From Balanoglossus misakiensis (Eukaryota > Animalia > Hemichordata), in assembly GCA_040954595.2 (NCBI GenBank), contig JBECUI020000047.1:14937-78936 (forward strand): a stretch of DNA of 64,000 nucleotides, written 5' to 3'. Shown in pieces: positions 25,423 through 39,353 of this stretch. The notes under the pieces were generated by a model. The model was not told the origin of the DNA. It ran no database searches and worked only from the letters and a program-made list of their open reading frames with translations. The position numbers and the translations under genes are program-made. Within the stretch, counting starts at the first letter, position 1; every line of letters begins with the position of its first letter.

Positions 25423-28055
25423 ATGAATTCATTTATCAACTCACTCACTCACTCACTCACTCACTCACTCACTCACTCACTCACTCACTCACTCACGCGT
25501 TAGGACATCATAGGAATACCCTAGCTAAAGCTAAAAAACCTCTTCTCTTTCCCCTTACCTTTCTTCTTGTTGTATTTGCGTTGTTATTTTCTTGTGATGG
25601 CACGGCCGCTCCAAAGGAAGAGGCACCACCAGCCATTGATGTCCAAACAATCGCCAAGGATGAAACCGAGAAAGAAATCGGTTCTCTGAAGCTCACCTGG
25701 GTTGCTGTCCAGGGAAAGAATGCCGAGGGAAACTTGGTTGATAGTACCTACATGGTAGAGTATCGCCTTTCTACAGAGAGCAATTGGACAAAGTTGGAAG
25801 CCGTAGATCAGCCCACCCTTACACTCACTGGCCTGGAGGCAGGAATGGAGTATTCTATTCGCATACAAGCCATCAGCACCTTTGACGCCAACATGGTCAG
25901 TGACTGGACAGAGGCAGGGCCATTTGCGGCAAATGGAATTAGGCCCTTAGAAATCCATGATACTAGTGGAGCCATCAGCGAACTGACTCTTGCAATCGGA
26001 GAGACCCGGACGCTGAGTGTCCCGGGAAGCCTCTGGGTCAACGTAGAGGATACCTCAGTAAGCTGGGCAAGTAGTGATAACACCACTGTAGAAGTAACAG
26101 ATGGCATGGTTGAGGCAATAACAGAGGGAAGTGCCGAAATAACGGCAACATCAGGAGCAGACCCGACCAATGCGGCATCAATAACGGTGAATGTTCCAAG
26201 CTTAAGTGATGTGGTTCTGTATGATGAGGATAGCCTTACTATTCCCTATGGAGAAAGCGATCCCCTTATCCTCACACCGAGTGATCTACTCTTACCAGGA
26301 TTGTCTTTAACCTACACAAGTTCGGGCACTGTCTCGGGCATTACCGTGGGAACCGATGGAACCATAACTATTGATAACACAACATTAGTAGGCACGTATA
26401 CCCTGGACATAACAGCAAGTGCGGATGGCTACACGAATACGGCAAGCCATCAGATAGCCATAACGATCAGTCAGAGGGCAACAGAAGAGTATATGGTCTA
26501 TGCAGAAGGAGATTTTATCAGAGGAAAGGCATATGCACCAGCTACAGCTGCCCCACAGGGAGCTGGAGTGAGTTATGCCATGAATCCAACTCCGACTGGA
26601 TGGAGCATTGACGCAACAAGTGGGACAATCTCTATAGCTTCAGATGCACCAGCTGGGGTAGAACAAACAGTTACTGTAACGGCAAGTCCAATCAATACGA
26701 ACTATGCCTCTGGCAGTGTAGAATTGACTAAGTCTGTTGTCGACCCGTTTAGTGCTGGTCCCGACTCGTCGTTCTTTATAACACGATGGGAAACAACAGA
26801 TGTAAATCAAACAGTGGAGATTCCCGTGGGAGGCAGTACAGCAATCTATGATATAGACTGGGGCGATGGAACGGCAGAAAGACTTTCCGGCACAGCAAGC
26901 CATGTCTATACAGCTGCGGGCGAATATACGGTCAGGATAACCGATAGTTTCCAGCGGATACGGTTGCTAGATACAACAGTAGAAATAGCAGCACGCCTTA
27001 AGTCCATTGATCAGTGGGGCACAGCACAATGGATTAGTATGGGGGGGGCATTTGCCAATGCCAGCAACATGACGATGGCAGCAACCGACATTCCTGATCT
27101 CTCAGGAGTAGCCGATATGAGTGCCATGTTTGCCTCGTACAGTGGGGCAAGTGCCTTCAATGGAGATATCGATAGCTGGGACACGTCAAATGTAACTAAT
27201 ATGATTGACATGTTCTATGGGGCAGCTAACTTTAATCGGGACTTAAACAACTGGGAGACCTCCAAGGTAACGACTATGGCTCGCATGTTTTCCGGAGCAA
27301 GCGCCTTCAATGGGAATATCAAAGACTGGAATACGTTAAGTGTAACGAATATGGCTTACATGTTTAACTATGCAGTCAATTTCAATGGAGATATCAGTGG
27401 CTGGGACACGTCAAATGTAACCGATATGGCAGGTATGTTCCAGCGAGCAGGCTCCTTTAATGCAGATATCAGTAACTGGAAGGTTGGCGAGGTAACAGAT
27501 ATGAGAGAGATGTTCCAATCTGCAGTTGCTTTTAATAGGGATATCGGTGACTGGGATACGTCAAGTGTAACAAATATGAGAAATATGTTCCGTTCCGCAG
27601 GTGTTTTTAATAGGGATATCGGTCGCTGGAATACGTCAAGTGTAACAGATATGAGAGATATGTTCCATCACGCAGGTAGCTTTAATGCAGATATCAGTAA
27701 CTGGAACATCACCAAGGTAACCAAGATGACTGACATGTTCGTTGAGGCAAGGAGATTCGCTCAAAACCTTGGACCATGGTATATTACCTTACCGCAGACC
27801 ACCATCTCGATAGACACGCCATTAACCATTGCAGCACAGAATAGCATCCTTGCAGGACAGCTGGAAAATCCGCAGTACAGTCTTCCGACCGATGCCACGC
27901 TCGACAACGATAAGTTCAGCATTACCGACGGAACGACCTTGAAAGTCAATAATGGTACTGATCCCGGCAACTATACTATAAGCATACAAACAACAAGTGC
28001 CGATTTTAGTACACCACTCGACCCAATTGTGCAGTTTATGATAACGGTACAGTAG
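25423..28055 (+). CDS. Phase-variable short-type BspA lipoprotein (8 repeats); OFF, otherwise intact
   Basis: ATG 25423; 824-aa ORF 25581-28055 begins four residues before the lipobox Cys. Confidence 0.9.
25440..25495 (+). repeat. (CTCA)14 tract, frame OFF
   Basis: 56 nt counted. Confidence 0.95.
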
Positions 28056-28924
28056 CCATTTCCGAACAACAGCGGGGCTTTAGTGCTCCGCTGTTTTTTT
28101 GACTATAGTTTTACCCCCTCCACAGCCCCCCCATTGTGGTATCAATAACTCCTGCGTAATCTATCTGATTTGATTGAAACTTTCCCTTTGGCATTATCTT
28201 TTTAAGGCTCTTGGGCTGATAGGGGACTCTGTCTCGGGTTACAAAGATGTGGCCGCTCTGCTTGCCTATAGCCAAAGCAGCCAAACGGACAGCTATACCA
28301 CCGGGATTGTCTCTGGGGGGGGAGTAGTTTACAAGGTACCATAACCAACAGCTACCGCTACGACAAGCAGTTCATCCCCTGACAACATCACCCCCAAGAC
28401 CTCTGGCAGCGCCGTAATTCTGAAGCAATTAAAACCCAACCCGGTACAACCTCTACCGAAACTGGCAATCCAGGCTGGACCTCCGATAACTGGATCATCG
28501 CTGGCCCGGTAAACGCCCCCCCGGCCAGCCCGACATCAATAACCTCCCCCTAGCAAGCCCCCCAGGCCCCCCACTCCTGGCAGCCCCCCAAGGCCTCCAC
28601 TCTCCTGGCAAGCCCCCCACTCCCGGCAGTCCCCCCCCCAAGGCCCCCCACTTCTGGCGGGCCTTGGGGGGCTTCCGCAAAAAGATCAATATGTCCCACC
28701 TCACCCCCCCCCAGACCGGCCCCCCCCACTCCAAACCAATAAAACAGAAAATAATCTTAAAAAAAATCGGTTATTCCTCTAAAACGTAATAAGCTTTTAT
28801 ACAGTAGTGTCCTTATAGCTTCTTAATCAAAAAGTCTTGTACTTATAAGAAAAGACTTGACAAAAAAGTGTCACTACGAATAGGATAGACCAAACAAAAC
28901 CAAATTTTTAAGGAGATCCAGCCT

Positions 28925-31535
28925 ATGAATTCATTTATCAACTCACTCACTCACTCACTCACTCACTCACTCACTCACTCACTCACTCACTCACGCGTTA
29001 GGACATCATAGGAATACCCTAGCTGAAGCTAAAAAACCTCTTCTTTTCCCCCTTGCCTTTCTTCTTGTTGTATTTGCCTTGTTATTTTCTTGTGATGGTT
29101 CTGGTACCACGGCCGCTCCACAGGAAGAGGCACCACCAGCCATTGATGTCCAGACAATCGCCAAGGATGAAACCGAGAAAGAAATCGGTTCTCTGAAGCT
29201 CACCTGGGTTGCTGTCCAGGGAAAGAATGCCGAGGGAAACTTGGTTGATAGTACCTACATGGTAGAGTATCGCCTTTCTACAGAGAGCAATTGGACAAAG
29301 TTGGAAGCCGTAGAGGTGCCCAGCATTACCCTCACTGGCCTGGAGGCAGGGGAGTACTACATTCGCATACAAGCCATCAGCACCTTTGACGCCAACATGG
29401 TCAGTGACTGGACAGAAGCAGGACCATTTGCTGCAAATGGAATTAGGCCCTTAGAAATCCATGATACTAGTGGAGCCATCAGCGAACTGACTCTTGCAAT
29501 CGGAGAGACCCGGACGCTGAGTGTCCCAGAAAGCCTCTGGGTCAACGTAGAGGATACCTCCGTAAGCTGGGTAAGTAGTGATAACACCATTGTAGAAGTA
29601 ACAGATGGCATGGTTGAGGCAATAACAGAGGGAAGTGCCACAATAACGGCAACATCAGGAGCAGACCCGACCAATGCGGCATCGATAACGGTGAATGTTC
29701 CAAGTTTAAGCAATGTGGTTCTGTATGATGAGGATAGCCTTACTATTCCCTATGGAGAAAGCGGTTCGCTTCTTCCTGCACCGAGTCATCTACCATCAGC
29801 AGGATTGTCGTTAACCTACACAAGTTCGGGCACTGTCTCGGGCCTTACCGTGGGAACCGATGGAACCATAACTATTGATAACACGACCCCAGCAGGAAGC
29901 TATACCCTGCACATAACAGCAAGTGCGGATGGCTACACGAGTACGGCAAGGCATGAGATAGCCATAACGGTCAGTCAGAAGGCAACAGAAGAGTATCTGG
30001 TCTATGCGGAAGGAGATTTTACCAGAGGAGTAAGCTATGCACCAGCTACAGCTGCCCCACAGGGAGCTGGATTGGGTTATGCCATGAATCCAACTCCGAC
30101 TGGATGGAGCATTGACGCAACAAGTGGGACAATCTCTATAGCTTCAGATGCACCAGCTGGGGTAGAACAAACGGTTACTGTAACGGCAAGTCCCATCAAT
30201 ACTAACTATGCCTCTGGCAGTGTTGAGTTGACTAAGTCTGTTGTCGTCTCGACGTCCTTTATAACACGATGGGAAACAACAGATGTAAATCAAACAGTGG
30301 TGATTCCCGTGGGAGGCAGTACAGCAAGCTATGATATAGACTGGGGTGATGGAACGGTAGAAACACTTTCTGCCACAGCAAGTCATGTCTATGCAGAAGC
30401 AGGAGAATACACAGTTACAATAAGTAATAGTTTCCAGCAGATACGGCTGCTAGATACAACAGCAGAAATAGCAGCACGCCTTAAGTCTATTGATCAGTGG
30501 GGCACAGCACAATGGATTAGTATGGGGGGGGCATTTGCCAATGCCATCAACATGACGATGGCAGCAACCGACATTCCTGATCTCTCAGGAGTAGCCGATA
30601 TGAGTTACATGTTTTACTCGGGAGGGGTAAGTGCCTTCAATGGAGATATCGATAGCTGGGACACGTCAAAAGTAACTAATATGGCTTACATGTTCTCTGG
30701 AGCAGTTAACTTTAATCGGGACTTAAACAACTGGGAGACCTCCAAGGTAACGACTATGGCTCGCATGTTTTCCGGAGCAAGCGCCTTCAATGGGAATATC
30801 AAAGACTGGAATACGTTAAGTGTAACGAATATGGCTTACATGTTTAACTATGCAGTCAATTTCAATGGAGATATCAGTGGCTGGGACACGTCAAATGTAA
30901 CCGATATGGCAGGTATGTTCCAGCGAGCAGGCTCCTTTAATGCAGATATCAGTAACTGGAAGGTTGGCGAGGTAACAGATATGAGAGAGATGTTCCAATC
31001 TGCAGTTGCTTTTAATAGGGATATCGGTGACTGGGATACGTCAAGTGTAACAAATATGAGAAATATGTTCCGTTCCGCAGGTGTTTTTAATAGGGATATC
31101 GGTCGCTGGGTTACGTCAAGTGTAACAGATATGGAAAATATGTTCCACAGGGCAAGTGCCTTTAATGCAGATATCAGTAACTGGAATATCACCAAGGTAA
31201 CCAATATGACTGACATGTTCGCTTATGCAATCAGATTCGCTCAAGACCTTGGCCCATGGTATATTACCTTACCGCAGACCACCATCTCGGTAGACACGCC
31301 ATTAACCATTGCAGCAAAGAATAACGTCCTTGCAGGACAGCTGGAAAATCCACAGTACAGTCTTCCGACCGATGCCACGACCGACAACGATAAGTTCAGC
31401 ATTACCGACGGAACGACCTTGAAAGTCAATAATGGTACTGATCCCGGCGACTATACCATAAGCATACAAACAACAAGTGCCGATTTTAGTACACCACAGG
31501 ATCCAATTGTGCAGTTTATGATAACGGTACAGTAG
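28925..31535 (+). CDS. Phase-variable short-type BspA lipoprotein (8 repeats); OFF, otherwise intact
   Basis: ATG 28925; 818-aa ORF 29079-31535. Confidence 0.9.
28942..28993 (+). repeat. (CTCA)13 tract, frame OFF
   Basis: 52 nt counted. Confidence 0.95.
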
Positions 31536-32651
31536 CCATTTCCGAACAACAGCGGTGCTTTAGTGTTCCGCTGTTGTTTTGACTATAGTTTTACCCCCTC
31601 CACAGCCCCCCCATTGTGGTATCAATAACTCCTGCGTAATCTATCTGATTTGATTGAAACTTGCCCCTTGAGTATTATCTTTTTAAGGCTCTTGGGCTGA
31701 TAGGGGACTCTGTCTCGGGTTAGAAAGATGTGGCTGCTCTGCTTGCTTATAGCCAAAGCAGCCAAACGGGCAGCTATGCCACCGGGATTGTCTCTGGGGG
31801 GGGGAGTAGTTTACAAGGTACCATAACCAACAGCTACCGCTACGACAAGCAGACCCCCCCCTGACAACACTCCCCCCAAGACCTCTGGCAGCGCCGTAAT
31901 TCTGAAGCAACTAAAACCCAACCCGGTACACCTCCACCGAAACTGGCAATCCAGGCTGGACCGCCGATAACTGGATCATCGCTGGCCCGGTAAACGCCCC
32001 CCCCGGCCAGCCCGACATCAATAACCTCCCTGGTAACCCCAAGGCTCCCCATTCCTGGCAGCCCCCCCCAGACCCCCCACTCCTGGCAGCCCCCCCCAAG
32101 GCCCCCCACTCCTGGCGGGCCCTGGGAGGCTTCCCGAAAAAGATAAATATGTCCCACCTCACCCCCACTCCCGGCAGCCCACCTTCAAGGCCCTCACTCC
32201 CGGCAGCCCCCAAGGCCCCCACTCCTGGCAGCCCCCCCCAAGGCCCCCCACTCCTGGCGGGCCCTGGGAGGCTTCCCGAAAAAGATAAATATGTCCCACC
32301 TCACCCCCACTCCCGGCAGCCCACCTTCAAGGCCCTCACTCCCGGCAGCCCCCAAGGCCCCCACTCCCGGCAGCCCCCCACTTCTGGCGGGCCTTGGGGG
32401 CTGCCGCAAAAAGATCAATATGTCCCACCTCACCCCCCCAGACCGGACCACCCCCACTCCAAACCAATAAAACAGAAAATAATCTTAAAAAAAATCGGTT
32501 ATTCCTCTAAAACGTAATAAGCTTTTATAGCGTAGTGTCCTTATAGCTTCTTAATCAAAAAGTCTTGTACTTATAAGAAAAGACTTGACAAAAAGTGTCA
32601 CTACGAATAGGATAGACCAAACAAAACCAAATTTTTAAGGAGATCCAGCAT

Positions 32652-35427
32652 ATGAATTCATTTATCAACTCACTCACTCACTCACTCACTCACTCACTCA
32701 CTCACTCACTCACTCACTCACTCACTCACTCACGCGTTAGGACATCATAGGAATACCCTAGCTGAAGCTAAAAAACCTCTTCTTTTTCCCCTCGCCTTTC
32801 TTCTTGTTGTATTTGCCTTGTTATTTTCTTGTGGTGGTTCTGGTACCACGGCCGCTCCACAGGAAGAGGCACCACCAGCCATTGATGTCCAGACAATCGC
32901 CAAGGATGAAACCGAGAAAGAAATCGGTTCTCTGAAGCTCACCTGGGTTGCTGTCCAAGGAAAGAATGCCGAGGGAAACTTGGTTGATAGTACCTACATG
33001 GTAGAGTATCGCCTTTCTACAGAGAGCAATTGGACAAAGTTGGAAGCCGTAGATCAGCCCACCCTTACACTCACTGGCCTGGAGGCAGGGGAGTACTACA
33101 TTCGCATACAAGCCATCAGCACCTTTGACGACAACATGGTCAGTGACTGGACAGAAGCAGGACCATTTGCTGCAAATGGAATTAGGCCCTTAGAAATCCA
33201 TGATACTAGTGGAGCCATCAGCGAACTGACTCTTGCAATCGGAGAGACCCGGACGCTGAGTGTCCCGGGAAGCCTCTGGGTCAACGTAGAGGATACCTCA
33301 GTAAACTGGGTAAGTAGTGATAACACCATTGTAGAAGTAACAGATGGCATGGTTGAGGCAATAACAGAGGGAAGTGCCACAATAACGGCAACATCAGGAG
33401 CAGACCCGGCCAATGCGGCATCGATAACGGTGAATGTTCCAAGCTTAAGTGATGTGGTTCTGTATGATGAGGATAGCCTTACTATTCCCTATGGAGAAAG
33501 CGGTTCGCTTCTTCCTGCACCGAGTCATCTACCATCAGCAGGATTGTCGTTAACCTACACAAGTTCGGGCACTGTCTCGGGCCTTACCGTGGGAACCGAT
33601 GGAACCATAACTATTGATAACACGACCCCAGCAGGAACCTATACCCTGAACATAACAGCAAGTGCCGCTGGCTACACGAGTACGGCAAGGCATGAGATAG
33701 CCATAACGGTCAGTCAGAGGGCAACAGAAGAGTATCTGGTCTATGCGGAAGGAGATTTTACCAGAGGAGTAAGCTATGCACCAGCTACAGCTCCCCCACA
33801 GGAAGCTGTAGTGAGTTATACCATGAATCCAACTCCGACTGGATGGAGCATTGACGCAACAAGTGGGACAATCTCTATAGCTTCAGATGCACCAGCTGGG
33901 GTAGAACAAACGGTTACTGTAACGGCAAGTCCAAGCAATCCTAACTATGCCTCTGGCAGTGTTGAGTTGACTAAGTCTGTTGTCGTCCCGACGTCCTTTA
34001 TAACACGATGGGAAACAACAGCAGCCAATCAAAGCGTGGTGATTCCCGTGGGAAGCAGTACAGCAAGCTATGATATAGACTGGGGTGATGGAACGGTAGA
34101 AACACTTTCTGCCACAGCAAGTCATGTCTATGCAGAAGCAGGAGAATACACAGTTACAATAAGTAATAGTTTCCAGCAGATACGGCTGCTAGATACAACA
34201 GCAAAAATAGCAGCACGCCTTAAGTCTATTGATCAGTGGGGCACAGCACAATGGATTAGTATGGGGGGGGCATTTGCCAATGCCATCAACATGACGATGG
34301 CAGCAACCGACGTTCCTGATCTCTCAGGAGTAGCCGATATGAGTTACATGTTTTACTCGTACCTTGGGACAAGTGCCTTCAATGGAGATATCGATAGCTG
34401 GGACACGTCAAATGTAACTAATATGGCTTACATGTTCTATGGGGCAGTTAACTTTAATCGGGACTTAAACAACTGGGACACCTCCAATGTAACGAATATG
34501 GCTTACATGTTCTTTGGGGCAGCTAACTTTAATCGGGACTTAAACAACTGGGACACCTCCAATGTAACGAATATGGCCCGCATGTTTTCCGGCGCAACCG
34601 CCTTCAATGGGAATATCAAAGACTGGAATACGTTAAGTGTAACGAATATGGCTTACATGTTTAACTATGCAGTCAATTTCAATGGAGATATCAGTGGCTG
34701 GGACACGTCAAGTGTAACCAATATGGGAGGTATGTTCCTGAGTGCAGGCTCCTTTAATGCAGATATCAGTAACTGGAAGGTTGGCGCGGTAACAGATATG
34801 GGAGGGATGTTCCAAGCTGCAGTTGCTTTTAATAGGGATATCGGTCGCTGGGATACGTCAAATGTAGCAGATATGGACAGTATGTTCCATACCGCAAGAG
34901 CTTTTAATAGTGATATCGGTCGCTGGGATACGTCAAATGTAGCAGATATGGGAGAGATGTTCCATACCGCAAGAGCTTTTAATAGGGATATCGGTCGCTG
35001 GGATACGTCAAATGTAACAGATATGGGAGATATGTTCCGTTCCGCAAGTATCTTTAATGCAGATATCAGTAACTGGAACATCACTAAGGTAACCAATATG
35101 ACTGACATGTTCGTTGAGGCATGGAGATTCGCTCAAAACCTTGGCCCATGGTATATTACCTTACCGCAGACCACCATCTCGGTAGACACGCCATTAACCA
35201 TTGCAGCACAGAATAGCATCCTTGCAGGACAGCTGGAAAATCCACAGTACAGTCTGCCGACCGATGCCACGCTCGACAACGATAAGTTTAGCATTACCGA
35301 CGGAACGACCTTGAAAGTCAATAATGGTACTGATCCCGGCAACTATACTATAAGCATACAAACAACAAGTGCCGATTTTAGTACACCACTCGACCCAATT
35401 GTGCAGTTTATGATAACGGTACAGTAG
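32652..35427 (+). CDS. Phase-variable short-type BspA lipoprotein (10 repeats); OFF, otherwise intact
   Basis: ATG 32652; 869-aa ORF 32818-35427. Confidence 0.9.
32669..32732 (+). repeat. (CTCA)16 tract, frame OFF
   Basis: 64 nt counted. Confidence 0.95.
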
Positions 35428-36261
35428 CCATTTCCGAACAACAGCGGGGCTTTAGTGCTCCGCTGTTGTTTTGACTATAGTTTTACCCCCTCCACAGCCC
35501 CCCCATTGTGGTATCAATAACTCCTGCGTAATCTATCTGATTTGATAGAAACTTTTCCCTTTGGCATTATCTTTTTAAGGCTCTTGGGCTGATAGGGGAC
35601 TCTGTCTCGGGTTACAAAGATGTGGCTGCTCTGCTTGCTTATAGCCAAAGCAGCCAAAGGGACAGCTATACCACCGGGATTGTCTCTGGGGGGGGTAGTT
35701 TACAAGGTACCATAGCCAACAGCTACCGCTACGACAAGCAGACCCCCCCCTGACACCATCACCCCCAAGACCTCTGGAAGCGCCGTAATTCTGAAGCAAC
35801 TAACCCCCAACCCGGTACACCTCCACCGAAACTGGCAATCCAGGCTGGACCGCCGATAACTGGATCATCGCTGGCCCGGTAAACGCCCCGGCCAGCCCGA
35901 CATCAATAACCTCCCTGGCAAGCCCCCAAGGCCCCCACTCCTGGCAAGCCCCCCCCACTCCCGCAGCCCCCAAGGCCCCCCCACTCCTGGCAAGCCCCCC
36001 CCACTCCTGGCAGCCCCCCCCAAGGCCCCCCACTCCCGCAGCCCCCAAGGCCCCCCACTTCTGGCGGGCCTTGGGAGGCTTCCCGAAAAAGATAAATATG
36101 TCCCACCTCACCCCCCAGACCGGACCACCCCCACTCCAAGCCAATAAAACAGAAAATAATCTTAAAAAAACTTGGTTATTCTTCTAAAACGTAATAAGCT
36201 TTTATACCGTAGTATCCTTATAGCTGCTTAATCAAAAAGTCTTGTACCTATAGGAGAAGAC

Positions 36262-36292
36262 TTGACAAAAAAAGTGTCACTACGAATAGGAT
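36262..36292 (+). promoter_or_regulatory. Promoter variant with 19-bp spacer (longer A tract)
   Basis: TTGACA 36262-36267, TAGGAT 36287-36292. Confidence 0.55.
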
Positions 36293-36330
36293 AGACTAAA
36301 CAAAACCAAATTTTTAAGGAGCTCCAGCCT

Positions 36331-39155
36331 ATGAATTCATTAATCAACCCACTCACCCACGCGTTAGGACATCATAGGAATACCCTAGGGGATACCCTAG
36401 CTGAAGCTAAAAAACCTCTTGTTTTTCCCCTTGCCTTTCTTCTTGTTGTATTTGCCTTGTTATTTTCTTGTGGTGGTTCTGGTACCACGGCCGCTCCACA
36501 GGAAGAGGCACCACCAGCCATTGATGTCCAGACAATCGCCAAGGATGAAACCGAGCAAGGACTCGGTTCTCTGAAGTTCACCTGGGTTGCTGTCCAGGGA
36601 AAGAATGCCGAGGGAAACTTGGTTGATAGTACCTACATGGTAGAGTATCGCCTTTCTACAGAGAGCAATTGGACAAAGTTGGAAGCCGTAGATCAGCCCA
36701 CCCTTACACTCACTGGCTTGGAGGCAGGAATGGAGTATTCTATTCGCATACAAGCCATCAGCACCTTTGACGCCAACATGGTCAGTGACTGGACAGAGGC
36801 AGGGCCATTTGCTGCAAATGGAATTAGGCCCTTAGAAATCCATGATACTAGTGGAGCCATCAGCGAACTGACTCTTGCAATCGGAGAGACCCGGACGCTG
36901 AGTGTCCCAGAAAGCTTCTGGGTCAACGTAGAGGATACCTCCGTAAACTGGGTAAGTAGTGATAATACCATTGTAGAAGTAACAGATGGCATGGTTGAGG
37001 CAATAACAGAGGGAAGTGCCACAATAACGGCAACATCAGGAGCAGACCCGGCCAATGCGGCATCGATAACGGTGAATGTTCCAAGTTTAAGCAATGTGGT
37101 TCTGTATGTTGAGGATAGCCTTACTATTCCCTATGGAGAAAGCGGTTCGCTTCTTCCTGCACTGAGTCAACTACCATCAGCAGGATTGTCTTTAACCTAC
37201 ACAAGTTCGGGCACTGTAGCGGGCCTTACCGTGGGAACCGATGGAACCATAACTATTGATAACACGACCCCAGCAGGAACCTATAACCTGAACATAACAG
37301 CAAGTGCGGATGGCTACACGAGTACGGCAAGCCATCAGATAGCCATAACGATCAGTCAGAGGGCAACAGAAGAGTATCTGGTCTATGCAGAAGGAGATTT
37401 TATCAGAGGAGTAAGCTATACACCAGCTACAGCTGCCCCACAGGGAGCTGGATTGGGTTATGCCATGGATCCAACTCCGACTGGATGGAGCATTGAGGCA
37501 ACAACTGGGACCATATCTATAGCTTCAGATGCACAAGTTGGGGTAGAACAAACGGTTACTGTAACGGCAAGTCCAAGCAATCCTAACTATGCCGCTGGCA
37601 GTGTTGAATTGACTAAGTCTGTTGTCGACCCGTTTAGTGCTGGTCCCGACTCGTCGTTCTTTATAACACGATGGGAAACAACAGATGTAAATCAAACAGT
37701 GGAGATTCCCGTGGGAGGCAGTACAGCAAGCTATGATATAGACTGGGGCGATGGAAGGGCAGAAAGACTTTCTGACACAGCAAGCCATGTCTATGCAGCT
37801 GCGGGAGAATATACAGTCAAGATAGCCGATAGTTTTCAGCGGATACGATTGGCGGATACAACAGGAGCAATAGCAGCGCGCCTGAAGTCTATTGATCAGT
37901 GGGGCACAGCACAATGGATTAGTATGGAGGGGGCATTTGCCAATGCCAGAAACATGACTATGGCAGCAACCGACATCCCTGATCTTTCAGAGGTAGAAAG
38001 TATGCAGAAGATGTTCTACAATGCAACCATCTTTAATGGTGATATCAACAACTGGAACACCTCTCAGGTAACCAATATGAGTGAGATGTTTGACACTGCA
38101 GTCGCCTTCAATCAAGACTTGAGAGATTGGAACACCACTAAGGTAACCAATATGAGTTACATGTTTTATAATGCACGTGCCTTCAATGGAGATGTCAGTA
38201 CTTGGGACACCACTAAGGTAACCAATATGAGTTACATGTTTTCCAATGCAATTAGCTTTAATGGAAATATCAGCACTTGGAAGACCTCTCAGGTAACTGA
38301 TATGAGTAGCATGTTCCACAATGCAACCGTCTTTAATAGTGATATCAGCAACTGGAACACCATCGCGGTAACCAATATGAGTCACCTGTTCTACAATGCA
38401 CGTGCCTTTAATGGTGATATCAGCAACTGGAACACCTCAGAAGTAACCGATATGAATTCCATGTTCTACTATGCATCTTCATTTCATCAGAACTTGAGCA
38501 ACTGGAAGACATCAAAAGTAACTACTATGAATTCCATGTTTGACTCTGCACTTGCCTTTAATGGTGACATCAGCACCTGGGACACCTCAGAAGTAACCAA
38601 TATGAGTCGCATGTTCTACAATGCGACTAACTTTAATGGAAACATCGGCAACTGGAACACCATCGCGGTAACCAATATGAGTCACATGTTCTACAATGCG
38701 CGTGCCTTTAATGGTGATATCAGCAACTGGAACACCTCAGAAGTAACCGATATGAGTAATATGTTTAGTGGTGCATCCTTCTTCAATCAAGATTTGAGTC
38801 GCTGGGACATACCAAAAGTAACCGATATGAGTAATATGTTTAGTGGGCGTCGGCCTTTAGTCAGAACCTCGGTCCATGGTATATTACATTACCGCAGAAA
38901 ACCATTCCGATAGGCACTTCACTGACTATTGCAACACAGAACAATGTCCTTGCAGGACATTTGCTACCTCCGCAGTACAATCTACCTACAGATGCTACAA
39001 CTCACAACAATAAGTTTAACATTACCGACGGAACGAACTTGAATGCCAATAATGGTACTAATGCTGGCGAATATACCATAAAGATACAAACAAGAGGTGC
39101 CGATTTCAGTTGGCCATCGAACCCTATTGTGGAGTTTACTATACCGATACAGTAG
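36331..39155 (+). CDS. Short-type BspA lipoprotein (11 divergent repeats) with an interrupted 3-unit tract, in frame (ON); 1-bp frameshift near 38847 before the C-terminal domain
   Basis: ORF 36331-38913 starts [19 protein letters not shown]...LLFSC; the C-terminal domain continues in ORF 38961-39155. Confidence 0.88.
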
Positions 39156-39353
39156 AGATATTCTGGAAAACAGCCACATTTCGCGGTAGTTTCTAATATC
39201 ACCCCTGAATGAGTGGGGGTTGTGGATGGGGAAAATCATAAAAAATTCTGTGTCTTCAACATCACAACTGCTATTGCTTTTTAAAAACACGTGTGAAGAA
39301 AATTTTTGACTTTTCTATATATTGTGTATATATAGAAAATATATATTTCTCTT

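Noticed and set aside
25581-25595. TTG start (MLFSC) used by the ORF track
   Set aside because: No RBS, and it would leave no signal peptide; the 36331 paralog shows the upstream ATG is the real start
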